In this document: positions 44,544 through 52,854 of the stretch, one piece after another
How positions within the stretch are numbered: position 1 is the stretch's first letter
Layout of the letters: every line of letters begins with the position of its first letter
Assembly: GCA_963796685.1 (NCBI GenBank)
Contig: CAWCMR010000025.1
Location: 1,824,001-1,888,000 of the forward strand
Direction of reading: 5' to 3'
DNA: 64,000 nucleotides
Origin: an uncultured delta proteobacterium
GTDB lineage: Bacteria; Myxococcota_A; Polyangia; Fen-1088
Notes under the pieces: generated by a model
What the model was told of the DNA's origin: nothing
The model's database searches: none
The model's input: the letters and a program-made list of their open reading frames with translations, nothing else
Translations under genes and position numbers: made by a program

Positions 44544-44903
44544 CTACCCGGAGTCATCGTCGTTGTTTTCCTTGGAGTACCAGTTCGCAAATTCGATTCC
44601 TCCACGAAGGATCTCCAGCATTTCGGGGCCCGCCTCGTCCTCGCTTATTACTCCGTTGGCAATCGCGGCAGCCACGGCCAATTCCACCGCACCACCCGTG
44701 TAGGTCGTGAAGAGTCGCCGATTCGGTCCTTGGTGAAACTGGTGAATCTTCTCGTCCAGGTCATGGGCGCCAATCGCGCCGCTTCGCCACCGCGCGAATT
44801 CCCCTTCGAGAGCCGTCAATTCCCGGGAAAGTTCCCGGTCATAGGCAATCCCCGCGAGCTCGCGGATACGTCGTCGCTGTGACTTCGTGAGGTCTCGTTT
44901 CAT
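44544..44903 (-). CDS. Hypothetical cassette protein
   Basis: GAGG RBS and ATG just after cassette core GTTCGGC (44925). Confidence 0.75.
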   Translation of the reverse strand: MKRDLTKSQRRRIRELAGIAYDRELSRELTALEGEFARWRSGAIGAHDLDEKIHQFHQGPNRRLFTTYTGGAVELAVAAAIANGVISEDEAGPEMLEILRGGIEFANWYSKENNDDDSG

Positions 44904-44918
44904 GCAATGTCCTCGTCC

Positions 44919-44966
44919 GCCGAACACCTTGCCGTTCAGCAGCAAGCCCGCCGCCGAGTCGGCGCG
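44919..44966 (-). repeat. Half attC (R' arm)
   Basis: GCCGAACACCTTGCCGTTCAGC; partner arm absent locally. Confidence 0.7.
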
Positions 44967-45001
44967 AGGATTCTACACCATCTCTCGGCGGCGACCTTGC
45001 C

Positions 45002-45185
45002 TGCTGCCTCCTTCTTCAACAAATGCCGAGCAAGAGGGCTCCAGGGCTCCAACACTGACTACCTCATCTGCGCCGCGGCCGTGCAACGAGGATTCGCCAT
45101 CCTGACGAAGGATACAGACTTTGCGCGCTTCGCTCGGGTACTCCCGATCGAGCTGCACACCCCGCGCTCGTCGGTGACTGGCTAA
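45002..45185 (+). pseudogene. C-terminal fragment of a PIN/VapC toxin
   Basis: TDYLICAAA...ILTKDTDF. Confidence 0.75.
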
Positions 45186-45256
45186 CGCGTTGCCCTTACC
45201 CTTAAGCGGTGGGTGGCCGTCCGCGGCCGTGCATCCGCTTCAACGCCTTGTTCGGC
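45180..45256 (-). repeat. attC site
   Basis: GGCTAAC...TTCAACGCCTTGTTCGGC imperfect palindrome. Confidence 0.75.
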
Positions 45257-45300
45257 GCCGGCCTGGCTGGGGCGCCACGGTGGGAGAGTCCGAAAAGTAC

Positions 45301-45349
45301 GCCGCCAAGCCGGCGCTGCGGGATTGCCTGCTGCAACGGCTTGTTAGCC
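45301..45349 (-). repeat. Half attC (R'' arm)
   Basis: CTGCAACGGCTTGTTAGCC. Confidence 0.65.
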
Positions 45350-45360
45350 GGCTACCAGGC

Positions 45361-45379
45361 TGCTAGCATAATGCTAGCA
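45361..45379. promoter_or_regulatory. Palindromic operator of the FitAB-like TA
   Basis: TGCTAGCA-TAA-TGCTAGCA overlapping -10-like CATAAT. Confidence 0.7.
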
Positions 45380-45387
45380 GGCGAACC

Positions 45388-45615
45388 ATGGCAACTCTCA
45401 CGATTAGAAATGTCCCCGAGAAGGTCACAAAGTCTCTAAAGACTCTAGCCCGAAAGAACCATCGTTCGATGGAGCAGGAGGTGCGCGAGCTCATCAACGA
45501 ACACGTCGGTGAACGACTCTCTGTCCTAGACCAAATCGAAGCCGGATGGGTCAAGCAGACACGTCGTCCGACCGCTGCTGAGGTCGAAGGATGGATCGCC
45601 ACGGGGCGAGAATGA
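45388..45615 (+). CDS. FitA-like RHH antitoxin
   Basis: MATLTIRNV...LK.LA..NHRSMEQEVR. Confidence 0.88.
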   Translation: MATLTIRNVPEKVTKSLKTLARKNHRSMEQEVRELINEHVGERLSVLDQIEAGWVKQTRRPTAAEVEGWIATGRE

Positions 45616-46022
45616 AAGCGGTCGTCGATACGAACGTCCTCGCGTATTTCCTTTTGGGCACGCGATCATTCGTAGAGGAAGCCGGCCGCTTCTGGCACGC
45701 TCTCGATGGTGCCCTGGCGCCGGCGGTGTGGGAAGCGGAGTTGGCGAATGTCATTTGGATGGCCGTACGCTCCGAGGTCATTCCGGGCGAGGAGGGCAGG
45801 AAACGTCTCAGCCTCGCAGGGAAGATGGGAATCCAGTCCGTCCCGAGCAAGACTTTGTGGCACGGTGCTCTTGAGCGGGCGGTTCGCTCGGGGGTGGCGG
45901 TGTACGATACCCTGTTCGTCGAACTTGCCTGTCGCGAGAACCTCCCACTTGCAACCTTTGATGCGAAAGTGCTCGCGGCATTTCCCGAGATTGCCCTCCG
46001 CCCGAAGGTTCTCGCCCCGTAA
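45612..46022 (+). CDS. PIN-domain (VapC/FitB) toxin
   Basis: VVDTNV, YD.LF and LATFD; ATGA overlap with the antitoxin. Confidence 0.9.
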   Translation: MKAVVDTNVLAYFLLGTRSFVEEAGRFWHALDGALAPAVWEAELANVIWMAVRSEVIPGEEGRKRLSLAGKMGIQSVPSKTLWHGALERAVRSGVAVYDTLFVELACRENLPLATFDAKVLAAFPEIALRPKVLAP

Positions 46023-46036
46023 CAACTGAACCCCAG

Positions 46037-46147
46037 ACGGAGGTCGGTACTTTCAAGCGCTTCAGTCGGCCTAGCGAGCTGATGGGCTTCACCGGACTCG
46101 TGCCAAGCGAGCACTCCACCGGCCGACGCGAGGCCAAGGGAGGCACC
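46037..46147 (+). pseudogene. Internal fragment of an IS110 transposase
   Basis: EVGTFKRFSRPSELMGFTGLVPSEHSTG. Confidence 0.75.
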
Positions 46148-46184
46148 GGCAGGTCGGGGATCTGCCGGGACGATCGGAACACGG

Positions 46185-46370
46185 TCACCTCACAAACCGC
46201 TTCTTAACATCCTCATGCGACAGGCCCAGTCCCGCCTCTGACTGTTCCAGGCCGCGCTCGATCTTGGCCAAGAAGTACAGGCGCTCCATCGCGTCCTCCA
46301 CCGTCGCATCATCCGGTAGATGCTCGACGATCTCCATGATCTTCTGCTTCACGCTGGGGGAGGAACCCAT
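46185..46370 (-). CDS. Small antitoxin-like protein; partner toxin missing
   Basis: LPDDATVEDAMERLYFLAKIERGL...SHEDVKKRF, a type usually found upstream of RelE/ParE. Confidence 0.7.
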   Translation of the reverse strand: MGSSPSVKQKIMEIVEHLPDDATVEDAMERLYFLAKIERGLEQSEAGLGLSHEDVKKRFVR

Positions 46371-46421
46371 GTCTGAAAGATAGCATACGGCCGGAACTCG
46401 TGCCGCGATGGCTGCTCGTCC

Positions 46422-46545
46422 GCCCAACGCCCAGCTCAGTCTGGACCTGGGATAGCTGCGGGCCCGCCGCACTCGCCGTCCCCTCGATGATACTACGATG
46501 TCCCTGGCGGCGGGACCGTCAGTCAGCTTCATCGGCTTGTTCGAC
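46422..46545 (-). repeat. attC site
   Basis: GCCCAAC...CTTCATCGGCTTGTTCGAC. Confidence 0.8.
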
Positions 46546-46824
46546 GGCGGACGCTCGCAACAATTCTTGCTACCAGGAGTCCAGCAGCGAGCGCCGCGAG
46601 AAGGAGGCTGGCTACGAAGCAAACACCCCAGCGTCGGCGTGCCAAGTTGCGCGCATCGCGGCCACGCAATCCGGATCGGCTTTTCGGCTTCTGCAAACGT
46701 GCGCCTGTAGGACAAGAGGAGCGATCCCAATGCCGAAGAGAAGGTAGCCGACTCCCAAAGCCACGACCGCCGCCGTAAAGAACAGGGGCCACAGTGTTGC
46801 GGTCTTTGTCATCGGTATCGCCAA
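46529..46824 (-). pseudogene. Small membrane cassette protein, probably frameshifted
   Basis: Two hydrophobic segments lie in different frames between two attC sites. Confidence 0.5.
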
Positions 46825-46839
46825 GATGGTTCCCCGTCT

Positions 46840-46904
46840 GTCGAACGCCTTGCCGTTAACGCGCGGGCGCGCAAGCGCCCGTCGCGTTCAACGCCTTGTT
46901 CGAC
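46840..46904 (-). repeat. attC site
   Basis: GTCGAACGCCTTGCCGTTAAC...GTTCAACGCCTTGTTCGAC. Confidence 0.9.
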
Positions 46905-47383
46905 GGTGCCTCGCCTCCTTGAATCAGACTTTGCCTTCCTATTGGACTCAAGCCGTCGTTGTAGATGTTGACGGCATCATATATGTGGCTCAGCCCCGTG
47001 GCACCCACGACGGCTCCGCCTGTGAGCGACGCGAAGCCCGTGATAGCAAGGGCGGCGGATATGTCTCTGTGCCCACCGTTACCACTTGGGTTCACGGCAA
47101 TCGCGGTCGCCAGAGACGCCAGTGCTACTGCGGTCAAGATTGCCCAGATCCTCGATCGCTGAACGAAGACCCGCGCATGATCCTCAGCAACTGGGTTGCC
47201 TGTAACGGCGCGGATCGGATCACTCGACAGCCCGCTCGCACCGTATCTTTGGCCGTCTTTGTAGAGGGAGATTCCAGGACCGTCCAAGACGAAGCTGACT
47301 CGTCCCGAATCTTGAGGACGATAGCTCGTGGCGCATCCCGCGAAGAGCAATCCGATGCTGACGACAACAGCTGCCAATTTCAT
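46856..47383 (-). CDS. Cassette lipoprotein with two TM segments
   Basis: FAGC lipobox; ORF ends inside the attC. Confidence 0.75.
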   Translation of the reverse strand: MKLAAVVVSIGLLFAGCATSYRPQDSGRVSFVLDGPGISLYKDGQRYGASGLSSDPIRAVTGNPVAEDHARVFVQRSRIWAILTAVALASLATAIAVNPSGNGGHRDISAALAITGFASLTGGAVVGATGLSHIYDAVNIYNDGLSPIGRQSLIQGGEAPSNKALNATGACAPAR

Positions 47384-47416
47384 GGAACCTTTGCACTCCC
47401 CTAAAGAATTGCATCC

Positions 47417-47487
47417 GTCGAACGCCTTGCCGTTCAGCTGCGAGCGGCCGTCCACGGCCGATCGACAGCTTCAACGGCATGTTAGGC
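47417..47487 (-). repeat. attC site
   Basis: GTCGAAC...CAGCTTCAACGGCATGTTAGGC. Confidence 0.9.
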
Positions 47488-47715
47488 CGCGTCCCGCATA
47501 GCTCGGGCTACCGGTCGCGGAAGCGCGAGCGGCACGAAAAACTTCTCCGGGTAGAGATAGTCTTCACCGGACTCGTCCACAACCCGCACCAGACCGCGCG
47601 CCGCTGCGGTACGATCCGCCACACGCTCGTAGAGTCGGCGCACCAGGAGCGAAGCAGGATAACCATCGTTCCTGACACAAAGTACGTAGCTCTTCGTTGA
47701 CCTTGTCTTCTTCAT
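47482..47715 (-). CDS. Conserved-looking hypothetical protein, second gene of a TA-like pair
   Basis: YPASL...RVVDESGEDYLYP; ATGA overlap with the upstream gene. Confidence 0.75.
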   Translation of the reverse strand: MKKTRSTKSYVLCVRNDGYPASLLVRRLYERVADRTAAARGLVRVVDESGEDYLYPEKFFVPLALPRPVARAMRDAA

Positions 47716-47954
47716 CGCAACACACCAAGCAGGCGCTTGATCTTGAACTCTTTCCGGCCGACGCCGTGACTTTCGTACCAGTGTACCTCAGCGGGCGATG
47801 TCGTTCCATCCGGCAGTCGAACGACGGCTATGCCCTTCATCTTTCGCCAACGCCCGCGACCGTAGACCTTCTGAAGTCTCGCGGTTTCGCGGATTTTCCC
47901 GCCGACGGCGATCACCTCCTCGCCGGCAATCTGGCCGACGATCTCGAAGGCCAT
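47712..47954 (-). CDS. Basic hypothetical protein, first gene of a TA-like pair
   Basis: GRWRKMKG...AEVHWYESHGVGRKEFKIK. Confidence 0.75.
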   Translation of the reverse strand: MAFEIVGQIAGEEVIAVGGKIRETARLQKVYGRGRWRKMKGIAVVRLPDGTTSPAEVHWYESHGVGRKEFKIKRLLGVLR

Positions 47955-48252
47955 GGGGCTCAACCTCAAAGAGAAGAGCAGCGGCACCATGCACGGCCAG
48001 ATCAAGATCACCAAACGTGGTCCGTCCCGGGTGCGCCAGCTCCTGTGGCTCGCCATTTTCCGTTGGATTCAGAAGGATCCCATCGCCAACGCCTGGTACC
48101 AACGTAAAAAGCAGCGCGACGGTGGCCGAGCCTCGCGGGCCGCGGTCGCGCTGATGCGCAAGCTGGCCAAGGGCCTCTTCCACGTCGCTCGTGGCGTCAT
48201 CTTCGACAGCAGCAAGCTCTTCGACACCCGTCGTTTGCAGGTGGCGACGTAG
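47953..48252 (+). pseudogene. C-terminal remnant of an IS110-family transposase
   Basis: GLNLKEKSSG...ITKRG...A.VALMRKL. Confidence 0.85.
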
Positions 48253-48278
48253 CCATGGTGGTCTTCGGCCGATCCATG

Positions 48279-48549
48279 TTGAACATTCTCGATTTCCGAG
48301 GAGTGACCTTCAGTTGCAGCGTATCTCTGCCTCGTGCAAGAGCGCCATCAGTCTCGAGGCACCCCGCGGACCTTTGACCTGACCTGCCCATATGGTCAGA
48401 CCCGATTACAGGAAAGGAGCAACCAACCCCAGTCAACGAATGCTTTGAACGTGTGAGATCTCCGACGGGTGACCTTCTGTTGAAGCTCATCTCTGCCTTG
48501 CGCAAGAGCGGCGTCCATTTCGAGGCACCCTGAGGATCTTCGACCTGAC
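48279..48549 (+). ncRNA. Predicted guide RNA with two tandem 105-nt loop modules
   Basis: Copies at 48279-48383 and 48445-48549 align without gaps, 82/105 identical by hand count, downstream of the IS110 remnant. Confidence 0.65.
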
Positions 48550-48768
48550 TCAATCTCCGTTGCCAGCTGACTCGGTGCCGTGACCTGCGGACATCCTACT
48601 GGAGCGTTTCGCTTACCCTGGCCGATTGCCTCCGGATCTCTCACCCGCTCAACCCGACCCGCGCAGGTGTTTCCTATTGCCGCTTTCTCTTCTCGCGGAA
48701 CGGATCTCGTGTGCCCTCAGCAGCCCGATCACTCCCTGTTCTTTTTGCTTGCACTCCGTACGAGCGAG

Positions 48769-48789
48769 CGCTGCAACGGCTTGTTCGGC
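48769..48789 (-). repeat. Half attC cut by the IS110 insertion
   Basis: CGCTGCAACGGCTTGTTCGGC directly abutting the IS end. Confidence 0.8.
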
Positions 48790-48800
48790 GGCTCTCACCT

Positions 48801-49232
48801 TCACGGAACCAATTCCAGGGCCTGGGACAGGCGAGGACCAATTCGGATAGCACCAAGGTCGCGCCTATCGGTCGTCAAAACTCGATAGACGCGCCGTCGT
48901 TCAGCCACTGCAGCTACGGTGCCATCAACCAAACCGAGGTTGAGTCCCGCAAATCTTGCATCCAGTTCCATGGATCTCGCGATGTCGGACGGAAGAGGTA
49001 TTTCATACTCGTATCGTGTTCCTGGATCGAAGATGTCCGCGACCAGCCTTCTCATGGCTGCGCGGTTGTCTCTGAGAAAGTAGTCAACCTCGGCGAGAAC
49101 GAGCCCCGGCACGATTACCGAACTTGCTGACGCTAGCGCCTCCTCGTACTCCGGAAAGCTTGGCGCGCCATCTCGGCCGCAAGCTAGCGCGCGAAGGAGT
49201 CCACCGGTGTCTGCGACAAGCGCTGATCTCAA
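48801..49232 (-). CDS. PIN-domain (VapC) toxin
   Basis: LVADTG, VLAEVDY, LGLVD and VLTTDRRD. Confidence 0.88.
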   Translation of the reverse strand: MRSALVADTGGLLRALACGRDGAPSFPEYEEALASASSVIVPGLVLAEVDYFLRDNRAAMRRLVADIFDPGTRYEYEIPLPSDIARSMELDARFAGLNLGLVDGTVAAVAERRRVYRVLTTDRRDLGAIRIGPRLSQALELVP

Positions 49233-49456
49233 TCCTTGAGATCCTTGAAAAGTAGGGACTCATCGCCAAGTTTGCTGTCGGTCGATTCGAACAGACTGGT
49301 CGTGGGGGGCCGGCGGCCCGAGTAGTACCGCGAGGCCACAACGCGCAACCCCTTTCGGATAAGCTCCGAAGCCGAATGCCCCGCAGCACGAGCCTTCTTC
49401 AAAGCTCGGATGTCATCCTCTTCCAGTCGGACCGTGGTTGAAGTGAGACGCGCCAT
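49229..49456 (-). CDS. RHH/CopG antitoxin (VapB-like)
   Basis: TTVRL...SASELIR; overlaps the toxin start. Confidence 0.8.
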   Translation of the reverse strand: MARLTSTTVRLEEDDIRALKKARAAGHSASELIRKGLRVVASRYYSGRRPPTTSLFESTDSKLGDESLLFKDLKD

Positions 49457-49517
49457 ACACTCACCATACATCGCAAAGACAGGCTGCGGCAACGGTTTCT
49501 CGTAGCCGCAACAGTCC

Positions 49518-49622
49518 GCCCAACGCTTTGCCGTTAAGCGGCGAGCCCGCCGCACGAGCGGTTCGCTGATGTTACTCCGATTTCCCTGCGGCGGGATCGT
49601 CCGCTGCAACGGCTTGTTCGGC
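49518..49622 (-). repeat. attC site
   Basis: GCCCAAC...CCGCTGCAACGGCTTGTTCGGC. Confidence 0.9.
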
Positions 49623-49698
49623 AGCAGCCACGACTCGAGAGAGAGGTTTGTGCCAGCATCAGACTGGACTCGGCCATTTCTCAGAGTATCGTGTTTCA

Positions 49699-50919
49699 GT
49701 GGTAACATCTCCCCGATTTGTCCTCGCAGAACCTGACTCCTTCCTTCACTGGCTGGCGTCCGGCGAATCCGATCTGTCCCTCGATGCCGTTGATGTCATG
49801 GAGGTATGGGCTTTGGTTGGGCTAGCCACCCTCGCCAGGAGAGGAAATGTCACCCCGATACAACTGGATACGAGTGGTGGAAAACCTGCCACCCGGTTTG
49901 CAAAGGCCCTCGGCATTGATAGCGTAATCGAGGGTAAGGTAGCTGCGGGGCCGGTGGAGGAAGGCCGTACGGTAAGGCTCACCAATATCCAAGGGTTTCC
50001 TGGTCGCTCCCCGTACGAGGTTGCAGGCGAGATCGCCAAACTCGCGATACCAGATGACACCGATGACACGCATCACACGATCTACTACGTGCTTGCCGAA
50101 CTCCTGCGGAATGTTGTGCAGCACAGCTACGATAAGCTCGGTGGTATCGTAGCAGCTCAACTCATGTCTGCAGGGCGCGGTGGTTACGACCGGGACACCG
50201 TACAGGTGGCTGTCGCAGACGCCGGGATCGGCATACCTGAGAGTCTGCGCCACTTCCATCCCAAGTACGATGACGCTGCTGCTGCGCTCGTTCGTGCACT
50301 TGACCCACACGTTTCCGGAAAATTCGAACCGGGCCTGTCTGGGACTGAGGAGAATGCTGGACTGGGGCTTTTCTTTATTGCGGAGATGGCAAAGCAGGCG
50401 GCCGGCCGCTTGTTGATCGCGACGCGAGGCGCACGTCTGTTACTTGAGGGGGCCAGATCAGGTCAGCCGCAGCGTCTCGACGTAAAACCAGTTGGGTTCT
50501 CCGGAACATTGGTGGCGTTTGAGCTTCCGGATCGCGGCGTTGGGAGCAACCACGATCTGCTTCAAAAGATCAACGAATTGGCTCGACAGCGCACTCCCAA
50601 ACGCGTCACCGAGCACTGGTTAAGGTACGAGGCGGTCCCCAAAGGCGTGCAGCGATTCCTTGTCTCCATTGCAGCAGAAGACACAACTGCCGCGCGATCA
50701 TACTCAGAAGGACAATTGGAACCGCGGCTAGTAGAACGGGAGTCAGTTGCCCTCGATTTTGCGAACCTGTCGATTTGCACGCAGAGTTTCCTTCACGCCT
50801 TGTTGTATGAAGCTCTCCGACTTGCCTGGGCGAAGCGAGTGCCGATTTACGTGATGAATGTGAGACCAGCAGTGCGGAGCAGCCTTGATCTTTTGGAAAG
50901 CTACGCTCTGGGCGGTTGA
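49699..50919 (+). CDS. GHKL/HATPase protein with C-terminal STAS-like (DUF4325-like) domain, inverted in its cassette
   Basis: ELLRNVVQHS, VADAGIGI, NAGLGL, GT.V and LDFANL..CTQSF; start approximate. Confidence 0.78.
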   Translation: MVTSPRFVLAEPDSFLHWLASGESDLSLDAVDVMEVWALVGLATLARRGNVTPIQLDTSGGKPATRFAKALGIDSVIEGKVAAGPVEEGRTVRLTNIQGFPGRSPYEVAGEIAKLAIPDDTDDTHHTIYYVLAELLRNVVQHSYDKLGGIVAAQLMSAGRGGYDRDTVQVAVADAGIGIPESLRHFHPKYDDAAAALVRALDPHVSGKFEPGLSGTEENAGLGLFFIAEMAKQAAGRLLIATRGARLLLEGARSGQPQRLDVKPVGFSGTLVAFELPDRGVGSNHDLLQKINELARQRTPKRVTEHWLRYEAVPKGVQRFLVSIAAEDTTAARSYSEGQLEPRLVERESVALDFANLSICTQSFLHALLYEALRLAWAKRVPIYVMNVRPAVRSSLDLLESYALGG

Positions 50920-50960
50920 ACTCAAACGGCCACCAGCGCACGACCGGAACAGTTGTGTCT

Positions 50961-51065
50961 GCCGAACGCCTTGCCGTTAAGCGGTCTGGGCGCCGCCAAG
51001 CCGACGCCGCGATTCTACGCCGATGCCGCTGCGGCGACCAGATCCACTGCAACGGCTTGTTCGGC
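50961..51065 (-). repeat. attC site
   Basis: GCCGAAC...CACTGCAACGGCTTGTTCGGC. Confidence 0.9.
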
Positions 51066-51237
51066 GGCGGCCGCTACTTTGGCAATCCTGGCAGGACGGA
51101 GCGCCAATCAACCTCCGCGAATCGACAGACATACGCGAAGCCCATCGATCCCATGGCTGGGAATCGCTGTGAGACTGTTGCAGAGGTCTTCTGAATACAG
51201 GAGGCGCCACGCCCGGCAAACGCCTTCGACTCCCGCG

Positions 51238-52305
51238 CTAGGGTGAGATCCGTCCGATCTTGTTGCCAGCGCATTCCGTGAACCAGAGATTTCCGTCCGG
51301 CCCGCCTACGATTGCAACCGGCTCGCTGCCCGGACTTGGCAACGGAAATTCGGTCACGGTGCCAGCGGGGGAGATTCGCCCTATCTTGTTGCCTTGGGAC
51401 TCCACAAACCAGACATTGCCGTCGGAGCCCGCCGTGATTCCGTTCGGGTAGCTGGACGTGGTCGGAATATCGAATTCGGTTATGGTCCCGCTGATCGTGA
51501 TGCGACCAATCTTGTTGGTCGAAGATTCGGTGAACCAAAGGTTGCCATCAGCACCGGTTGCGATGTGCGCGGGGCCAGAGAGAGGGGAGGGAACAGGAAA
51601 TTCATGGATATCCCCACCTGGAGTCATCTGTCCAATCCGGTTTGCGGCGTACTCAGCGAACCAGATATTGCTATCAGTATCGCAAGCAATTCCGCTCGGC
51701 CCGCCAGTAAGCCCGTCTGCCAGGCTGGGGATCCGAAATTCGTTGATCGTACCCGCAAGAGCGCCGGTCGGCGTAATCGAGGCTAGGTTCTTGGCCCAGC
51801 TCTCGGTGAACCAAAGACCTCCGCTTGGGCAACTAACGATTTCATCCGGTTGGCTCCTCGGAGTGGCGATTGGAAATTCGGTGACTGTCCCCGTGGGAGT
51901 AATACGACCTATCGCATCTCCGCCGAGGACACTATAGGGTGCCCACAAACTGCCTCGCTCGGTAAACCAGAGATTGCCGTCTCCCCCGGCTGCGATTGCA
52001 GTAGGCGCGCTACCGGGAGAGAGCGAGAACTCGCTCACACCTCCGACAAGCGTGATCCGTCCGATCTTGTCACTACTGAACTCGGTGAACCACAGAGCGC
52101 CATCCGGCCCGGCGGCGATTCCGGAGGGGCAAGTCGCCGCGGTGAGGACGGGAAACTCTGCAATCGATCCCGCGGCGCGCCAGCTGTCTCCGCCAGCGCT
52201 GTCGATAGCCGCTCCGTCTGCTGGCATCGGACCTGAGTCAGAACCGCAGGCCGCGAGGGTAGTCGAAAGGAGAATGAGCGCAAACGCACGAGGCTTGAGA
52301 AGCAC
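51238..52305 (-). CDS. Vgb (virginiamycin B lyase)-like beta-propeller lipoprotein
   Basis: LAAC lipobox and seven GI..GPDG.LWFTE...KIGRI repeats. Confidence 0.85.
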   Translation of the reverse strand: MLLKPRAFALILLSTTLAACGSDSGPMPADGAAIDSAGGDSWRAAGSIAEFPVLTAATCPSGIAAGPDGALWFTEFSSDKIGRITLVGGVSEFSLSPGSAPTAIAAGGDGNLWFTERGSLWAPYSVLGGDAIGRITPTGTVTEFPIATPRSQPDEIVSCPSGGLWFTESWAKNLASITPTGALAGTINEFRIPSLADGLTGGPSGIACDTDSNIWFAEYAANRIGQMTPGGDIHEFPVPSPLSGPAHIATGADGNLWFTESSTNKIGRITISGTITEFDIPTTSSYPNGITAGSDGNVWFVESQGNKIGRISPAGTVTEFPLPSPGSEPVAIVGGPDGNLWFTECAGNKIGRISP

Positions 52306-52458
52306 ATCAGGATCTTACTCGCTTGCCGGCAAAGGGGCAATAGCTCGCAGCGGAGATCGCAGCGGAGACCGGGGTGTGACAGCCACCACGCGCTGGCCGC
52401 AATACCACACCGTATTGCTCCCGCTGGTGAAGCGAGGTTTCCTGAGTGGATTTCGTCC

Positions 52459-52565
52459 GCCGAACGCCTTGCCCTTCAGACTGCAAGCCCGCCGCCGAGC
52501 CCGGCCGTTCGATGATACTGCGATTTCCCTGCGGCGGGATCGTCAGGTGCAACGGCTTGTTGGGC
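52459..52565 (-). repeat. attC site
   Basis: GCCGAAC...GGTGCAACGGCTTGTTGGGC. Confidence 0.9.
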
Positions 52566-52623
52566 AGCCCTTCAGCCGCACGACGTCTTGACGTCATAAC
52601 GTTTCTGCGCCATGATTCCACTC

Positions 52624-52854
52624 ATGGCCCTGGCAAAGCGCGCAACTGTCTACCTTGAACCCGACCTGCACCGCGCCCTTCGAATGAAGGCCGCGGAGAC
52701 AGACCACACGGTTTCCGACCTGGTGAACGACGCTGTCCGGCAGCAGATGTCGGAAGATGCGGACGACCTTGAGGCATTCCGAGCACGGGCGAAAGAGGCC
52801 ACGTTGCCCTTCGAGACGCTGGTTCGGGACCTGAAGCGTCGTGGCAAGCTATAG
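52624..52854 (+). CDS. CopG/RHH antitoxin
   Basis: KRATVYL..DLHRALR.KAAET..TVSDLVN; upstream TTGACG within GACGTC repeats. Confidence 0.85.
   Translation: MALAKRATVYLEPDLHRALRMKAAETDHTVSDLVNDAVRQQMSEDADDLEAFRARAKEATLPFETLVRDLKRRGKL

Noticed and set aside
48279-48549. CRISPR or TIGR array
   Set aside because: Only two long units with internal variation, no repeat-spacer periodicity and no cas/tas gene; better explained as IS110 RNA modules.
49457-49708. Extended 159-aa antitoxin ORF and similar ORFs containing NKPLQRT-like peptides
   Set aside because: These are translations through attC sites, not real coding extensions.
51212-51230. Possible attC remnant GGCAAACGCCTT
   Set aside because: No second arm, and the cores at 52465 and 51059 already match as one cassette.
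51238-52305. Bona fide vgb antibiotic-resistance gene
   Set aside because: Only the repeat fold is recognisable; it has a lipoprotein signal and its catalytic residues are unverified.
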